A DNA stretch of 64,000 nucleotides, taken from NCBI GenBank assembly GCA_013265495.1, contig MU058824.1:1577111-1641110 (forward strand), read 5' to 3'. Shown here one piece after another: positions 51,512 to 64,000 of the stretch. Under the pieces are notes generated by a model. That model ran no database searches. It was given only the letters and a program-made list of their open reading frames with translations, and was not told the DNA's origin. The position numbers and the translations under genes are program-made. Origin of the DNA: Vicugna vicugna (Eukaryota). Each line of letters starts with the position of its first letter. The stretch's first letter is position 1.

Positions 51512-51717
51512 TGGTTTTCAAACATTTTTTTTTTGCCACTAGCCATGAAGTCCTCTTTTCAAATTAAGTATTATGTGGCACCTTGATGCTGTATATAGAA
51601 CAGATGAAGGAGATCTACTGCTTGAAGTGAAGGTAAAGCACCTAGAGCCTCTCTCACTGGCCCGCAATCATCTCTGCTGGGTCATAGACCCCTGATGGAC
51701 TGAGTTTGAAAACCTCC
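51512..51717 (+). mobile_element. hAT-Charlie MITE (MER103/MER112-like)
   Basis: Inverted ends ggttttcaaac / gtttgaaaacc; internal tatatagaacagatgaagga...ttgaagtg. Confidence 0.6.
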
Positions 51718-52554
51718 AGGCTTGTTCAGCCACAAAGACTCAGCTTTGGTCAGCTGGAGAGCCCATGAATTGGGGACACTAACCATGTCAGATAAGAAGA
51801 GACAGTATTAGAAGTGAGGATGAGGGACAGTAGCATCTAAAATGGGACAGGTACATCCATGTGATCTTTACTTTGTTAGTCACTGCAAACGTGTTCTCTA
51901 GGAGAGCCGTGGAAGCGCCCTTCTTCCTTCTTCCTCCCTTCCTATCTCTCTCTCTCTCTCTTTTTCTTTATTTCTTTCTTACTTGGTGCCCCCTAGGTTG
52001 TTTCTCCGGCCTCAGGTCGAGAGTGCTGTTCAGGAAGAGGCCTGGGTTTGCAGCATTATCCTGGGGGCATGGTCCTTTCTAGAACACTGTTGGCTTCTAC
52101 CTTCCCTTCGCCCTTTCAGCTGAATTCTCTGGGTCATTGAGAAAGCTCCAAATTTGGGACCCCAAAATCTCTCTCCTAATCCTGAAAGGACAGTGGACAG
52201 GTCCTGTCACCTTTCTGCACTCAGGGTCTGCCCTGAAATGAGGATGCAGGGCTGGCTGGGTTAGCAGTGCCTGAATGTTTGGAACTCACACAGCAGTAAA
52301 GGCTAAAGGGACGGGTGCCAGGGGGCACGGAACAGAAACCTACACAGGGTGGAAACCATCTTATTTTGCCACGTTAGGACGTTAAAAACAAAATTGTGCT
52401 ACTATCTATAATTTTGTAACAGAAAAACATTTCAACACCATACAAACTATGAAGAATCTTGTCTAAAAATTAAGGGCAGTTCTTCTAATGGAATGTAACT
52501 TAGTGTTAAGGAAAATCTCATTATATTTTTCTTATTTTTATCATTTTACTTTAC

Positions 52555-53080
52555 CACATTAGTTTTCTATTGCTGCTGTTAATGGATGACCACAAATTTA
52601 GTGGCTTAAACCACAACTACTCATTGTCTCTGTCCATGGGCCAGAAGTCCAGGCCTGCATGACTCTGCCAAGCCCTCTGCTCGGAGTTCCCAAGGTCAAG
52701 GTGTCAGCTGGGCTGGGTTCTTACCTGGATACCCAGCTATTCAGGTTGTTGGCAGGATTCAGTTTCTTAGGACTGTAGGACTGAGGTTCCCATTTCGTTG
52801 GTATGTAGGACTGAGGTCCCCCTTCAACTTCAAGCCAACAATGGCACATCAAATTCATCTCATGCTTTGAATCTCTGATTTCCTCTCTGCTATCAGAGAG
52901 GAACATTTCTACTTTTCAGGGCTTGTGAGATCACATGGGGCTACATAGATAACAGTTTAAGGTCAGTTTATCAGTAACCTTAATTACATCTGCAAAGTCC
53001 CATTTGCCGTGTAACCTAATGTATTCATGAGAGTAAGACCAAGGAGGTCACGCACGGGACCCAGAATTCTACTTTCCACA
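52555..53080 (-). mobile_element. MaLR solo LTR, MLT1E-like
   Basis: attagttttctattgctgctgt, attcaggttgttggcaggattcagtttctt, taggactgaggt, tctcatgctttgaatctct, taaccttaattacatctgcaaagtccc. Confidence 0.85.
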
Positions 53081-53689
53081 CCCAGCCTGGTGAACGCTGA
53101 GTCAGATAAACATTTGCAAACACTGGAAGATTCTTCCAGCTCAAATACAGGTGGTCAAATATTCTCAGATTTTTTAGTTGATATATTCAGAAGGTATATA
53201 TTTTGAGAAGCTAGGACATCATTATTACTACAGAGTCTTGCAGGGACTAGGTTCTGGGGAAATGTTTGCTGAGCAAACAAGTATTAATAAGTTCATTGTT
53301 GCCAATATTATTTTAATGCAACTTTGATATAAATCTTGTGGTACTGTATTATCATTGTCATTAGCACAGATTAGAAAGCAAGCTAAAATCATTACAGGAA
53401 TGTATTAAAATTGGAAGTGATTCAGTAAATCATGGTAGAAACAATTAAAACATGAACTGCTCCATTACATCTGCTTGTGCTCCACTGAAGATGGGAAGTG
53501 TTGCTTTCAGTCAAGGTCAGGGACAATTAATAGAGGCCCCAAGAAACAATAAGAATTTAATCTTTCTTTTCTCCCTCCCTCCCTCCTTCCTTCTTTCTTC
53601 TTTTTCTCCCATCTTTCTCCCCTTTTCTCTTTCTCTCTTTCTTGGTAAGACAATTCTCTTGACCAATTTTTAAATTAAATTAAAATTTG

Positions 53690-54030
53690 AAAATTGAAGT
53701 ATTTTCTGAATCTCTCCAGGGCACCACCCAAACTCACTAGCCTGGCATTCAGAGCACTCCTTAGCCTTAGCCCAGGCCACTTAGCCCTCATCCTCAGTCT
53801 CAAGTGCCCCCACCCGCCTCCACCCAGAGCCCTCCCTGGTGCTCCCCTGTGGTGCCTCTGCTCTGGCACTGTGTCCTCTCCACCCCAGTGCAGTGCAGTG
53901 GTCACCTGTGCTCCTGTCTCACCAGACAGTGAGCTCTCTGATGCCAGGAACTGCATCAGGTTCAATATTTCTATCCTTGTCAGCACCCACCATGGATCTC
54001 AGTCCAGAATCTCTCAAATAAATGAGGTGG
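53690..54030 (+). mobile_element. L2 fragment
   Basis: agcctggcattcagagc, tgtctcaccagacagtgagctc. Confidence 0.55.
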
Positions 54031-54199
54031 AAACAACGAATATTAGCCCACTCTGGTCCTACATTATGTTCATTTGAGGGGAGAGGAGGGTGGAGCAGAG
54101 GGAGAGAGGAAGACAGAAATAAGGAGAGAAATGCGGAAGTACAAAGAGAGGAGAATAGGTAGGGAAAAGGTCAGAGGGCTCCGTCAGGCATCCGGCGGA

Positions 54200-54690
54200 T
54201 CCTTACTGAGATCCCTTGTGTAAGCTCTGGGGAGACAGCAGTGGAAACAATGACAAAAAGCCTTGCCCTCAGGGCGCTTATAGTTCAATTAGAGGACCAA
54301 ACAGGCAAACAAAAATAGACAAGATGATTTCCGACAATTTTAAGAACTATTTTAGGGTGTTAAATAGGATGGCATGGTAGCGTGTGAGTAGGGGTGGGGA
54401 CCATTTTGGGTAGGGGGACAGTAACGACTCCCCTGAGGAGTTAACGGCTAAGCTGAGACCTGAATGATGAGGAGTGAGTTGTGCTGAGAACCACGGGAGT
54501 ATTATTCCCAGCAAAGAAAACAGCAAGTGCAAAGGCCCGGAGGCAGGAGGGAATTGCTTTCCATTTCAAGGAACAAAAAGGAGGCTGGTGAGGCTGTACT
54601 TGGTGAGCAAGGGAAAGAGTAGAGGAAAATCAGGTCAGAGAGGAAGGCAGGGCTGGATCTTGTGGCTTCTTGCATCCATTATAAGGAGGG
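54200..54690 (-). mobile_element. L2 fragment
   Basis: ccttgccctcagggcgcttatag, ctgaggag...agctgagacctgaatgatga, aacagcaagtgcaaaggccc, gaggctggtgaggctg. Confidence 0.75.
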
Positions 54691-55339
54691 TTAAGAATAT
54701 CATACCAAACTTGCAAAAAAATACAAAATAGTTATTATATAACCTGTCAGCCTAACACTTAATGGCACTTTCTGATAGCCCTGCCTAAGGTCATCTGAGT
54801 GGGGAATTTAAGGCCCAGACATCTTATAATTCTCTAAAACTGATAAGATGTGCTGGTTTTCAATGATATTCTTTTCTGTCCCCAAAGATTATAGTTTTAT
54901 TGCCCTGTTGGACATTAGCCAGTTTTATATCTAATTTAGCAATCTTATTTCTTATTTTTCCACCCACTGTAAAAATCCTCATCTCTCAAAACTTTCTTTC
55001 AAATCCACTTTGTCATCCTGCAGATCCCCTTTATTAATGAGTTAAATAAAAGGTTGACATGTACCCTCTATTGATTTTCACTAGAATTATGTTTTTAACC
55101 TTTTGAGAGTTATATTCTGATAGGAGTTTGGGTTTTAAGTGCACAGAAAGCAGGAGAGTATAAAGGACTAATATATGTTTTACGAAGGAGCCTCAGACTA
55201 CTTGGTGATGAACAGGCTTAACTGGGCCCCAGGGGGAGCAAGATGCCCAGTTAGCAGCCAGTGCCTCTGTCCAGGGGAGAGCTGGCCACCAGCCTGATGA
55301 GAGAGGGGGAGGTGAGCCTTGACTGACTCCCAACATCCG

Positions 55340-55505
55340 CAGACATTTGTCCTTGTTCATTCCCACAGTGGATCGCCGGGATCTGTTTCCCCCTCTCACA
55401 TGTGAGCTCCTGGGCAGGAGCTGTGTCCAACTTTTCTGTTTCCTCAACATCGAGCCCTGGGCTGAACACAGAGTGATGTTTGGCAGGTATCTGCTGAATG
55501 ATTTC
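55340..55505 (+). mobile_element. L2 3' end
   Basis: tgtgagctcctgggcaggagctgtgtc...ggctgaacacagag...tgctgaatga. Confidence 0.6.
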
Positions 55506-55534
55506 TTCCCTTTAGATTCACCTCCTCCTCCTCC

Positions 55535-56250
55535 TTTTTTATTGTGATAAAAATGTATATAACATGAAATGTACCACTTTAATGATTTTTAGGTGGTGCA
55601 GTTCAGTGACATTAAGTACATTCACACTAACCTGCAGCCGCTACCACCATCCATCCATTTCCGGAACATTTCCATCTTCCGAAACTGAAACTGTGCTCAT
55701 TAAACAGTAACTCCCTGTTCCCCTCCCCCAGACCCTGGTAAACCACTATTCTACTTTCTGTCTTTATGAATTTGACTCTTCTAAATATCTCATCTAAGTG
55801 GAATCACACAGTATTTGTCCTTTGGTGTCTGGCTTATTTCATTTGGCACAATGTCTTCAAGTTTCATCCATGTTGTAGCATGTGTCAGAGTTTCCTAAGG
55901 CTGAAAAATATTCCATTGTATGTATAAATCACGATTTGTTCATTCATTCATCTCCTGATGGATGTTTGGGTTGTTTACGCCTTTTGGCTATTGTGAATAA
56001 TGCTGCTCTGTACATGAGTGAACAATATCTCTTCCAGTCCCTGCTTTCAGTTCTTTTGGGGTATTTACCCAGAAGTGGAATGCTGGATCATGTAGTAACT
56101 CTTTAACTTTTTGAGAAACTGCAGTACTGTGTTCTGTTGAAGCTGCACCATTTTGTATCCCTACCAGCAATGCACAAGGATTCTGATTTTACCACATCCT
56201 TGCCAATAGTTGTTATTTTCTGCTTTTTTAATAATAGCCTACTTAATGGG
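55535..56250 (-). mobile_element. L1MB-type LINE-1 3' region (~700 bp)
   Basis: ttattgtgataaaat, gttcagtgacattaagtacattcaca, ttcatccatgttgtagcatgtgtcag, ttggctattgtgaataatgctgct, cccagaagtggaat.gctggatca, ccctaccagcaatgcacaagg. Confidence 0.92.
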
Positions 56251-56562
56251 TATGGATTCATCTTCTTTTAAAATGTAAATGACCGTGGTGTGGGGCCTCA
56301 GGGTGAGGCATTTGGGCACCCTTTCCTCAGTGTGCCCTGAAGAGAGATAACTGAGGAGCCAGCGTCTCAAATTTGGAGAGCACTCAGGTGGAGGACAGCC
56401 AGCAAAGAGGGTACCAAGACCACGCCTCACTGAACCCACAGCATTGACTCAGGGCTGGCTTAAATAAAGGGCTCACGATGGAAGAACTGAAACCCACATT
56501 TCCCATGGGAAAGATTTGTTTGTGAATCCACTGTTGGGCCCTTGTCCCTGGGGAAAGCTGTT

Positions 56563-56897
<335 letters not shown>

Positions 56898-57394
56898 TGA
56901 TCCTCTGTCCTGTCCTGACATGGCTCTCACGGTGGGTCTCTAAAGGGCAGTCCTGATGCCACCATTGGTGTTTGAAGTCTTTTAGTGACTCCCTGGCCCA
57001 ACTTTCACGGCCATCAATGTCCAGCCAGTCTTCCTGTCCAGTCTCATCTATCCCTGCCACTCACTTCATGCCTCAGCCCCACCTTCCCCAAATGCACCCT
57101 AAATCTACAGGCCTCGGAGCCCTACTCTTGCTATTTCCTTAACCAGATGATCAAAACCTCTCTCCCCACACTGAAATTCTTTTGTCCACTACGACTGCCT
57201 TTGTCCTTAGTTTAGCCTTTCCCTGGACTTCTGGCTGTTATTCACTCAACACTGTCAAATGTTCTACATGAGTGCATAGTCTGTTTTAGATGAAACTCAC
57301 CTGTACTAGCCATTGTTTGGAATACAGGAGAGGAGAGAGTGTAGAAAGATGTGACCACCTAGGATGAATGATGGCCCAGGCACATGTTTTGCTT

Positions 57395-58130
57395 CTTTGC
57401 TTCATCCATCCACCCATCCATCATCCATCATCCATTCATCCATCTAACAAATATAATGCAACTTACTGTGTATCTGGAATTTTCGTAGACATGGGCGATA
57501 TAGTGCTGAACAGGACAGACACAGTCCCTACCCTGTTAGAGCTTACATTCTAGGAGGGAGGCAGGCAAGAAACAAATAAACAATAATACTAAGAATAACA
57601 TGTACATAGTATATATGTCAGGCTTATGAGGTATCAGACACTATTATGAGCACTTATTTTCATTAGTTCATTTACTCCTTATAACTTCTCTATGCTGTCG
57701 GTACTTTTAACATCTCATTTTATAGATAGGGAGACTGAGGCACACAGAGACTAAATAACTTGCCCAAGGACCCTCAGCTCATAGGTAATAGAGCCAGGGT
57801 TTAAGCTCGAGGGCAGTCTGGCCCTTGAGATAAGATTGTGGGAAGGAGATTGGGCTAAGATACAGGTAAATGGGGTGATGGGATAGTGACTAGCTCAAAA
57901 CAGTCAGGAAACGTCTCTTGGAGGAGGTGACAGTTGAGCTGAGACCTGAAGCATGAGAGGGAGTTGGATGGGTAAAGAATAGTCCACCACATCAGGATGG
58001 AATGGCACATGCAGACAACCTGTTACGGGAAGGACCTGGCATGTTCAGGGAACAGAAAAGAGGGCAGTGGGGCTGGAGTGTGATGAATGGGGAGAAGGAG
58101 AATGAAGGGAGGAAGGAGCCAGACCACAGG
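57395..58130 (-). mobile_element. L2 (with CATC/CATT tail) containing a MIR insertion (~57590-57830)
   Basis: (catc)n...acagtccctaccctgttagagcttacattctag; MIR ttttatagatagggagactgaggcac...aacttgcccaagg; L2 resumes ggaggaggtgacagttgagctgagacctgaag. Confidence 0.75.
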
Positions 58131-58689
58131 GGGTCTGCTCCCATTGACTGAAGACCTGAGTCCAGCCCAGCATAGGTGAGGTGCTGGGGGTAGAGCCCCA
58201 AGATCATGGCCAGAGGGGAGGTGGGAGGCAGCCATGGCAGAGCTGTGACGAGGGAAGAGCAAGGTCCCAGGGGAGGGCCACCCACTCAGCCTGGAGTTAA
58301 GGAAGGCTTCTCATGGGAGGTGAGCCAGCTGCGAAGGAGGAGAGGGCGTCGGACAGCTGGAGACATGGAGGAGCACACTTGCTGGCAAAGGAAACTGGGC
58401 GTGCAAAAGCGGGAGGTGGGAAAGCGTGTGGGCTTGGGGAGCAGTGAGTCACTCGCTGTGGCTGGAGCAGGCCATGCTAAGTGTGGGCGAGTGTAACGGG
58501 ACGAGGCCAGAAGAGCAACTCGACGTGCTTTGGTGAAAACCTAAGGAGTTTGGAGCTGGAAGCCAGCGCAGCTCAGTGTGCTGGGGAAGCCTGGCTTCCA
58601 GCCCTGCGGCCCCCTCAGCCGTGAGACCTTGGTGGAGTCACGTACCTTCTCCACCCTTGAGCTTCCTCTTCTGAGTACCAAGGAGCATG

Positions 58690-58865
58690 CTAGACGCCTG
58701 CTGGTCAGGGCCAGGCACTGCCTCTCTGGCCTCAGCCTCCCATCTGTAAAAGCAGGGTAATAAGAGGACTGACTTCATTGGGCTACCATGTGGCTGAGTG
58801 ACTAAGCAGTGATTAGAACTGCACCTGGCATGTCCCAATCATTAAGTGTCTCATGTTTTACTATT
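58690..58865 (+). mobile_element. MIR SINE
   Basis: cctctctggcctcagcctcccatctgtaaaagcagggtaataa...cctggcatg. Confidence 0.7.
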
Positions 58866-58959
58866 GTTGTCACCCCTGCCCTGCCTCCTGTTACTCCCTG
58901 AGTTGAATACCCCCTTGAATACCTCAACACTTAGCATTTCTTGTCTTTCCTGAAACATT

Positions 58960-59300
58960 TCCCACCACCTGAAATATCCCATTCTCCCCATGACCTGTAT
59001 GACAAGTCCTACCATTCTCAGAGACCCAGCTTAAATACTGCCTCTTCTAGGTTCCTTACTGCACTAGCCAAAGTAGTTCCTCTTTTTCTTTCTCTCGCTT
59101 TCTCCTGTTTACTTTCTAGCAGAACATATACACAGCCCATCGCCTAGACCCCTCTGCCTTTCCCTGCTTAGGGCTTTACAGATGTGGGGGCATATTTAGT
59201 TGGGTTGTGAGCGTCTTGAGGACAGAAACTGGGCCTGAGTTACCCCTGTTCTTCCTGGTGCCTAATACTTCACAGACGTTATCAGATTTTTGCTGAATGG
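58960..59300 (+). mobile_element. L2 3' fragment
   Basis: tcctaccattctcagagacccagcttaaatactgcctcttct...tgtgagcgtcttgaggacaga...tttgctgaatg. Confidence 0.6.
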
Positions 59301-59591
59301 TCAGAGAGATGGAGGGAAGGAGGGATGGAAGGATCTGTAGATGGACAATTTGTCCAGATACAAGAGACCAAGCTTCCTGGAAACTCCCCAGCCAGAGAAG
59401 AATCCAGGGAGCTTCCTGACCTTCTCACAGCCTCACCTGGAACTATCTGCCCCTCAGAATTCTCTAAGAGCTATAGGAGCAAGCACAGTGTTGCAGACTC
59501 CTGGCTTGCCAAACAGAGCTACCTGGCCTCAGCATGTACAAGACAGCCTCTGGAGCTGACAAGACAGGAAACTTGGGTTTTGAGACGGGAG

Positions 59592-60069
59592 TGTTATTGT
59601 ATTTTGCTGCATAACAAATCACCTCAAAATCTAGTGGCTTAAAACAACAATAATCATTTATTATTGTATTATTTCTGTGGGTCAGGAATTCAGACCCACA
59701 GAATGGCCTGCATCTGCTCCATGATGTTTGAGGTCCAGCTGGAAGATTTGGAGACGGGGGCTGGCATCATCTGAAGGCTTGCTTGGGGCTGGAATGTCTG
59801 CTCCCATGCTTGCTCCCTCACATGGGGCTTCTCCATGGGATCCTCTCCATAGCACTGCTAGAGGGGCCTCACAGCATGGCAGCTCGCTTCCCCCAAAGCA
59901 AGTCATCTAGGAGACAGAGGTGGCAAAGTTTTTTAGAACTTAGCTTCAGAAGTTGCACACCATGTTTTATTGATCACAAATTAGCTCCTATTTAGTGAGG
60001 GAGAGGACTTCACAATCTATAGCAGGAGGTGAGGACCACTAGGGACCATCTCAGAGGCTGGCTACCACA
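59592..60069 (-). mobile_element. MaLR solo LTR, MLT1F/G-like
   Basis: ttgctgcataacaaatcacc.caaaa..tagtggcttaaaacaac, ctgtgggtcaggaattc, catcatctgaaggct, cctcacagcatggcagct.gcttcccc, ends gaggctggctaccaca. Confidence 0.85.
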
Positions 60070-60252
60070 GGAGGGAGGGATTCTTGGGTGAAACCAGGAA
60101 CTCACATTGCTCAGAAAGTGAGACTGGATGCTGATGTTCACCCTTCAAAGCCCTAGGTAGGTACCGCTTCCTCTGTGATGCCTTCCCTGATCCCTTTCCT
60201 ACTGTGCCTCCCATCCCCAACCCCAAAATTGAATTGATTGTTCCCTTCTAAA

Positions 60253-60495
60253 CAATGTCTTCTCAATGTAGGGGGTCATGTCCCTCAAGGGGGTGAAAAT
60301 TCATTCTTGTGGGAAAAGGGCAAAAAAACTCACTCTTTTTATATATAAAGCACAGGTATACATACAATGCATAAACAGATATATAGTATACCTGTGGTCT
60401 TACAACTTCACGAGTCAAGTGAAATTAGGAAAAAATGCTTAAAGGTGTCTTAGGAAAGTGAAAGTGAAAGTGAAAATAAGATTGAGGAGCGTATG
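60253..60495 (+). mobile_element. hAT-Charlie-type MITE (subfamily not assigned) inserted in an L2 (~60130-60700)
   Basis: Degenerate inverted ends caatgtcttctcaat / attgaggagcgtatg. L2 blocks flank it (gatgccttccctgat upstream; ctagattataagcttcttg...gggcctggcacacagtagg downstream). Confidence 0.6.
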
Positions 60496-63400
60496 TGGTT
60501 CTGCATCACTTCGATACTGCATATGGTGTTTCGTTATTAAATGTGTTACATTCTGTGGAAAATAGTTTATTCTATATCTGGGTCTTCCCTACTAGATTAT
60601 AAGCTTCTTGGGGTCACAAGCTCTCATTTCCTTCATCTCCTAGTTTCCAGTGCCTAGCACAGGGCCTGGCACACAGTAGGTCCTCATTGAGTGCTGAACC
60701 GAACCAAGTGCAGGGGATAAGCTGGGGAGTCTGAAACTCTCCATAGCAGGGTTGCTCACGATGTGAACTTGACCACGGCGGGGGGGGGGGCAGAGGACTT
60801 GGGAAAGATGCAGATTCTCAGCCTCCACCTCAGAAGAATCCCTCTGCATTGTGGACAGGCTCCTGGGTGATTCTCGTGCACCATTCTTGTCCACCACTGT
60901 CCTGCACATCTGTTGCCAGACACTGGGCCAGATCAAGGGCTCCAGCTGTGCATGGATCAGGGACACTGAGGCTAAGAACTCGACACTGCCCAGCTGGTGG
61001 GACAGCTCTGGGGACCTGAGAGGCAGAATCATAGGATGAGCCCAGGAAAGGGGCAAGGGGGATGTAGGAACAAAGATCTAAGTCCCTATCGGGAATAGCC
61101 CTGGAGGATTTCTGACCTACCCTGCACTCTTGGGGAACTCAGCCCCATTTGTTACAAACCAGATTCTGAGGATCTTCCACCCACTCCCCACCTCCTGGAG
61201 GCTGAGCTTGCCTGAAGAGACGGTGGAGGGCTGGATGAGTGGGTCTGCTGTTGCCCAAGGGATTTGATGAGTCCCTTAACTTATTCAAAACTGGGCTCCG
61301 AAACAGAGTTCCACAAATGGGAAAATGCATGTAATTTGTGTAATTGAAAAGGAGCTCTGACTGCCCTTTGGGGGAACAATGCTTGCTGGACAGAGACAGC
61401 CTGGAATGCATAATCAGTTGTTTCTGTTTCCTGGTGCTACAAAAATAGGGATTCGCGCCACAAAAGGGTGAAAATCCACGGTGGTGCTAAAATCAGTTAA
61501 ATTTAACTTTTGCCTTTTGCCGGGCTTCTTGATTCATGGTTGCTATGTCGAGAGGCTAATATTGTGTAAGTCGTGATGTGAGTCACTGGGAGCATCAGCT
61601 CCTCCAACTAGTTGCAGGGACCTGCATACAGCCCAGGGTGTGCATGGCAGGCTTGGTCCCTGTCCTCCTGGTCAGAACCCGCCCAGGGTAGAAGCTCAGA
61701 TCTGGGCCTCACACTGGGACAGACTCACCAGGGCATAGCCTGGGAGGCATCTGGGAAGGGTCGGGACCTGGCTATTGGAGAGCTGAATGTCTTCAGACTG
61801 GAGAACCTGCAGGGCCCTGGAAAGGAGGGAGGAGTCAGCCTACAAAAAGCTGCATGGCTTTTTGAGAGATTCTGCTGGTTCTCTGAGCTGTAGGTTGGGA
61901 GATGCAGGATCAATGGCTGCTGTTAGCGGTGAGCAGGGTTCTCTGCTCCCTGCAAGTAAGTCCTTGCTGCTGGAGGCATCTGGTATGGAGTGGGCTGCCT
62001 GGCTGTGATATAGTGAGTTCCCTGTTGCTCTGAACACCCCAGTCTCATCCAGTCCTGCTATTGGGGAGATTTAATACATGGAGTAGGCATATTCTAGGTT
62101 GCTGGCTCTCAGACTATACGGTGAGAGTCACTTACGGGGGCCAAGGATGTGCTTGTGTTAATGCAAATTCTCGGGCTCCACGCTGAGCAGGTCTAGGTTA
62201 AAGGATTCATCAAATCCCTCAAGGACTGTGGGCCCCACTCCTCACCCCCACTGCCATTTCAATACCAGCGGCTCAAGTGATGTAGATACGGTTGGTTCCT
62301 AGGGACTTGCGAGACCAGGTGATCTCTAAGTCCCATTCATCTCCCAGGCATCAAGACTCTGATGAGTGCCCCTGGTCCACAGAACTTCAATTTACACAGT
62401 TCCTGTTGGAAAGAGGACATGGAGTTGACAGCAGGGTATGCAGCTGGGGCAGATATCCCCAGGACAAAGTCCATAGCCTGTGACATGGCAAGAGGTGCTC
62501 TTTCATTTTGCCCCTCTCTTTGCCACCCGCCTGCTCTTTCATGCCACCGATCACTTACAGGCTGTTCCCTCTCCACCGGCAGGACTGTGCTCATCCTTCC
62601 TAGTGCAGTTTGGCTGCCTCCTCTGCTGTGAAGTTTCCCGTTCCTTCCTCTTTGCTCCCTTACCTGCATACCCCTCCCACGGTGATTGCTGCTCTGGCAC
62701 ACACCCGGCGTCAAGCTGCCTGAGGGCAGTGCCTGCTCTCATTTGCCCCTGCACCCTGTGCCTGATGCTGAGCGGTACCTGGGCGTGTTTGCAGAGAGCC
62801 GGATGCCTGCCTTCGAGGCCCCAGTTTCATTCCTAATGACAAGGGCAGATCATCAGAGCCTATAAGACCTGGGGGGACCCAAGGACTCTCCAACTGCAGC
62901 CCCCTGGTGATAGGACATGAAGGGACACCTGAAATGGCTTCAGCCCACATCTCCCATCTCTGGCCTTGATGCTTTTTAACTAATATGTTTCCTTTGAAAA
63001 ATGTTTTCAGACCCCCGTAGAATCCTTTCCTCAGAGACCTGAAGGTGGCTTCCTTCTGACCCTGCCCTGCACTTTTGGGACCAATTCTGCAGACCTCCCA
63101 CCAGCCTAGTCTGTCTGTCTGAAAGCACGGGGCCTGGGGCAAAGCCGGAGGGTTTGGAGCTGGGTGGGGAAGATGGAGACAGAGCGCAGCAAAGGTACAG
63201 GAGATATGGCCAGAGGGGGTTCACACCTGAGACCAGGATAAAAACCCCTTCCTTCTTGGGAGTGAGATGATAGCTGGCTCAGCTTGCAGACAGAAATAGC
63301 CTCGCTGATGAAAATAAAGTCAGATTCCTGAAGGGATAAAGGGCTGCTCACAGGAAAACGCAAGCACTATTTCGTCAAGAACCGTTTCCCGCAGAGCCTG

Positions 63401-64000
63401 TCCTTTAAAAGGCAGCCACAGCAGATTATTAAATTGTAGATGCATTTCTCCTGGCACTGTCCCAAGCCTCCCCTCGGCAGCCCACCCTGCCTCCTGGCCT
63501 GTCCACTCCTCGTGGACCTTGCTGGGCCAGAACATTGCAGTTTGTGTGATGGGGCTGTCTCCTTGGAGCTCACAAGAGAGAGCAGAGGTGAGGAGGTCAT
63601 GTGAACAGGAGAACCTTGACTCTGCCTAAGTGTTGGCACATTTAGGACTTGTTTTCTGAAAAGTCTAAATCATGCTTGGTTTTGACATTTAAAAAGCCAG
63701 ATCAGTGAAAACCCTCAAATCAGGCCCTTTGCTATTTACCGAATTCCAGCATACCTTTAAACTGTCGGTTGATGCTGTTTCTTTTATAGGAACAAAAATT
63801 TTGTCATCTGACTTGACTTTCTCAAGTGACTACCTTATTAAAGCTGTGGGTTGCCTGAGAAATCCAGAGGTTGTTTCTTAGTTAGCCATGGTTTGTGGAA
63901 TTTGAGGTAGAGTCAAAAAAGGCAAAGAGCCTTAGCAATCACTGGGTCCAGTCTCCCCATCATACAGACTGGGAAACAGGCCCAAAGTGGGTAGGACCCA

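Noticed and set aside
60454..60480. aaagtgaaagtg as a ruminant BovB/Bov-A tail
   Set aside because: Not followed by the diagnostic gtcgctcagtcgtgtccgactc sequence, so it is not evidence for a ruminant.
60780..60790. G11 homopolymer as a G-quadruplex element
   Set aside because: A single isolated run, prone to sequencing error; no further support.

Overview
This is mammalian (eutherian) genomic DNA, not prokaryotic or viral. The only protein-coding sequence I can support is one 138-nt internal exon at 56601-56738 (+). It encodes [46 protein letters not shown], which matches my recollection of GABA-B receptor subunit 2 (GABBR2) residues ~108-153, i.e. exon 2. The rest is the 3' 56.6 kb of the long first intron and the first 7.3 kb of intron 2. 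Both are densely filled with old transposon relics: MIR, L2, L3/CR1, L1M, MaLR MLT1 LTRs, ERVL LTR16/MER74, hAT MITEs and an internally deleted Tigger1, many of them nested. I recognised no young lineage-specific SINE. The many short ORFs in the track are chance or repeat-derived. I found no evidence of a new multi-gene system. The best leads are candidate splicing elements in intron 1 (a recursive-splice-like AG|GT site and frame-breaking microexon-like units), an old inverted-repeat element I cannot name, and candidate enhancers. Repeat names come from remembered consensus sequences, so subfamily calls and boundaries are approximate and need RepeatMasker/Dfam confirmation.
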